A DNA stretch of 11,947 nucleotides from a virus (lineage: Duplodnaviria > Heunggongvirae > Uroviricota > Caudoviricetes). The stretch lies in the IMG/VR virus record IMGVR_UViG_2896601577_000004; one strand, written 5' to 3'. Under the pieces are notes generated by a model. It had not been told where the DNA came from. It saw only the letters and a list, made by a program, of their open reading frames with translations, and ran no database searches. The position numbers were made by a program, and so were the translations under genes. Below are positions 11,103-11,947 of this stretch, one piece after another (the first letter of the stretch is position 1; every line of letters begins with the position of its first letter).

Positions 11103-11947
11103 ATCTTAAACTACCGGAATGAACTGCTGCATGGAGAAACGCTTTACCTAGATAATCCAAGATCCAACAAAAAAGGAAGAATCGTGCGCACAGTTGATAA
11201 CTATATCGCCCTGCTCTGTTCGTTGTTACGTTTTGCGTATCAGTCGGGATTTATATCAACCAAACCATTTGAAGGAGTAAAAAAATTACAGCGAAACAGA
11301 ATAAAACCTGACCCGTTATCTAAAACAGAATTCAATGCATTAATGGAAAGTGAAAAAGGACAGAGCCAAAACTTGTGGAAATTTGCCGTTTACTCCGGGC
11401 TTCGTCACGGGGAACTGGCAGCTCTGGCGTGGGAGGATGTGGATTTCGAGAAGGGAATTGTGAATGTCAGAAGAAACCTGACGATACTTGATATGTTCGG
11501 TCCCCAAAAACAAATGCCGGGATCCGGACGGTAACATTACTGCAGCCGGCTCTTGAAGCACTGAAGGAGCAATACAAACTGACCGGGCATCATCGCAAAA
11601 GCGAAATCACTTTTTATCATCGGGAGTACGGCAGAACTGAAAAGCAAAAACTGCATTTTGTTTTCATGCCCAGGGTGTGTAACGAAAAACAGAAACCTTA
11701 TTACTCGGTAAGCAGTTTGGGTGCAAGATGGAATGCAGCAGTAAAACGTGCTGGTATTCGCCGCCGTAATCCGTACCATACGCGACATACTTTTGCCTGC
11801 TGGCTGTTGACGGCAGGAGCGAACCCGGCATTTATAGCCAGCCAGATGGGGCATGAAACTGCGCAAATGGTGTATGAAATTTACGGTATGTGGATTGATG
11901 ACATGAACGACGAACAGATAGCCATGTTGAATGCGCGGTTATCGTAG
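11103..11947 (+). pseudogene. Phage-type tyrosine integrase/recombinase, 5'-truncated by IS600 and frameshifted near 11506..11512; the C-terminal catalytic domain is intact in the second frame and ends at the TAG at 11945..11947
   Basis: Frame A is open from the IS600 junction to 11534 (...NLTILDMFGP QKQMPGSGR stop). Frame C from about 11507 encodes ...PKTNAGIRTVTLLQPALEAL...HTRHTFACWLLTAGANPAFIASQMGHETAQMVYEIYG..., a typical integrase C-terminal region with the conserved R/H and Y residues; the switch falls in a CCCC-AAAAA run. Confidence 0.8.

Noticed and set aside
11340-11866. 73-aa and 109-aa minus-strand ORFs
   Set aside because: Antisense to the integrase pseudogene; no independent support.

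Overview
This 11.9 kb window is an IS-saturated mosaic: about half of it is insertion-sequence DNA (IS2, two IS911 copies, two IS600 copies, one IS629), the IS set typical of Shigella and enteroinvasive E. coli (inference from IS content only). The IS copies cut up three unrelated pieces of DNA. (1) A chromosomal GH1 6-phospho-beta-glucosidase gene (BglA-like), 5'-truncated by IS911. (2) A decaying lambdoid-prophage late-control segment on the minus strand: queH (DUF208), hok/mok, a 95-aa/216-aa coupled gene pair, a ybcO-like pseudogene, a small coupled ORF, a Q-like antiterminator candidate, an intrinsic terminator, and four tightly packed tRNA genes (anticodons CAU, UCU, UGU, UCC), the last cut by IS911. 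(3) A phage tyrosine-integrase pseudogene (frameshifted, 5'-truncated by IS600). No CRISPR array, rRNA or toxin cargo gene is present. I could not identify a clearly novel system; the best candidates are the uncharacterised 95-aa/216-aa pair and the queH-plus-tRNA prophage module. All coordinates were derived by hand from the sequence, and all family assignments rest on recalled protein sequences, not database searches.
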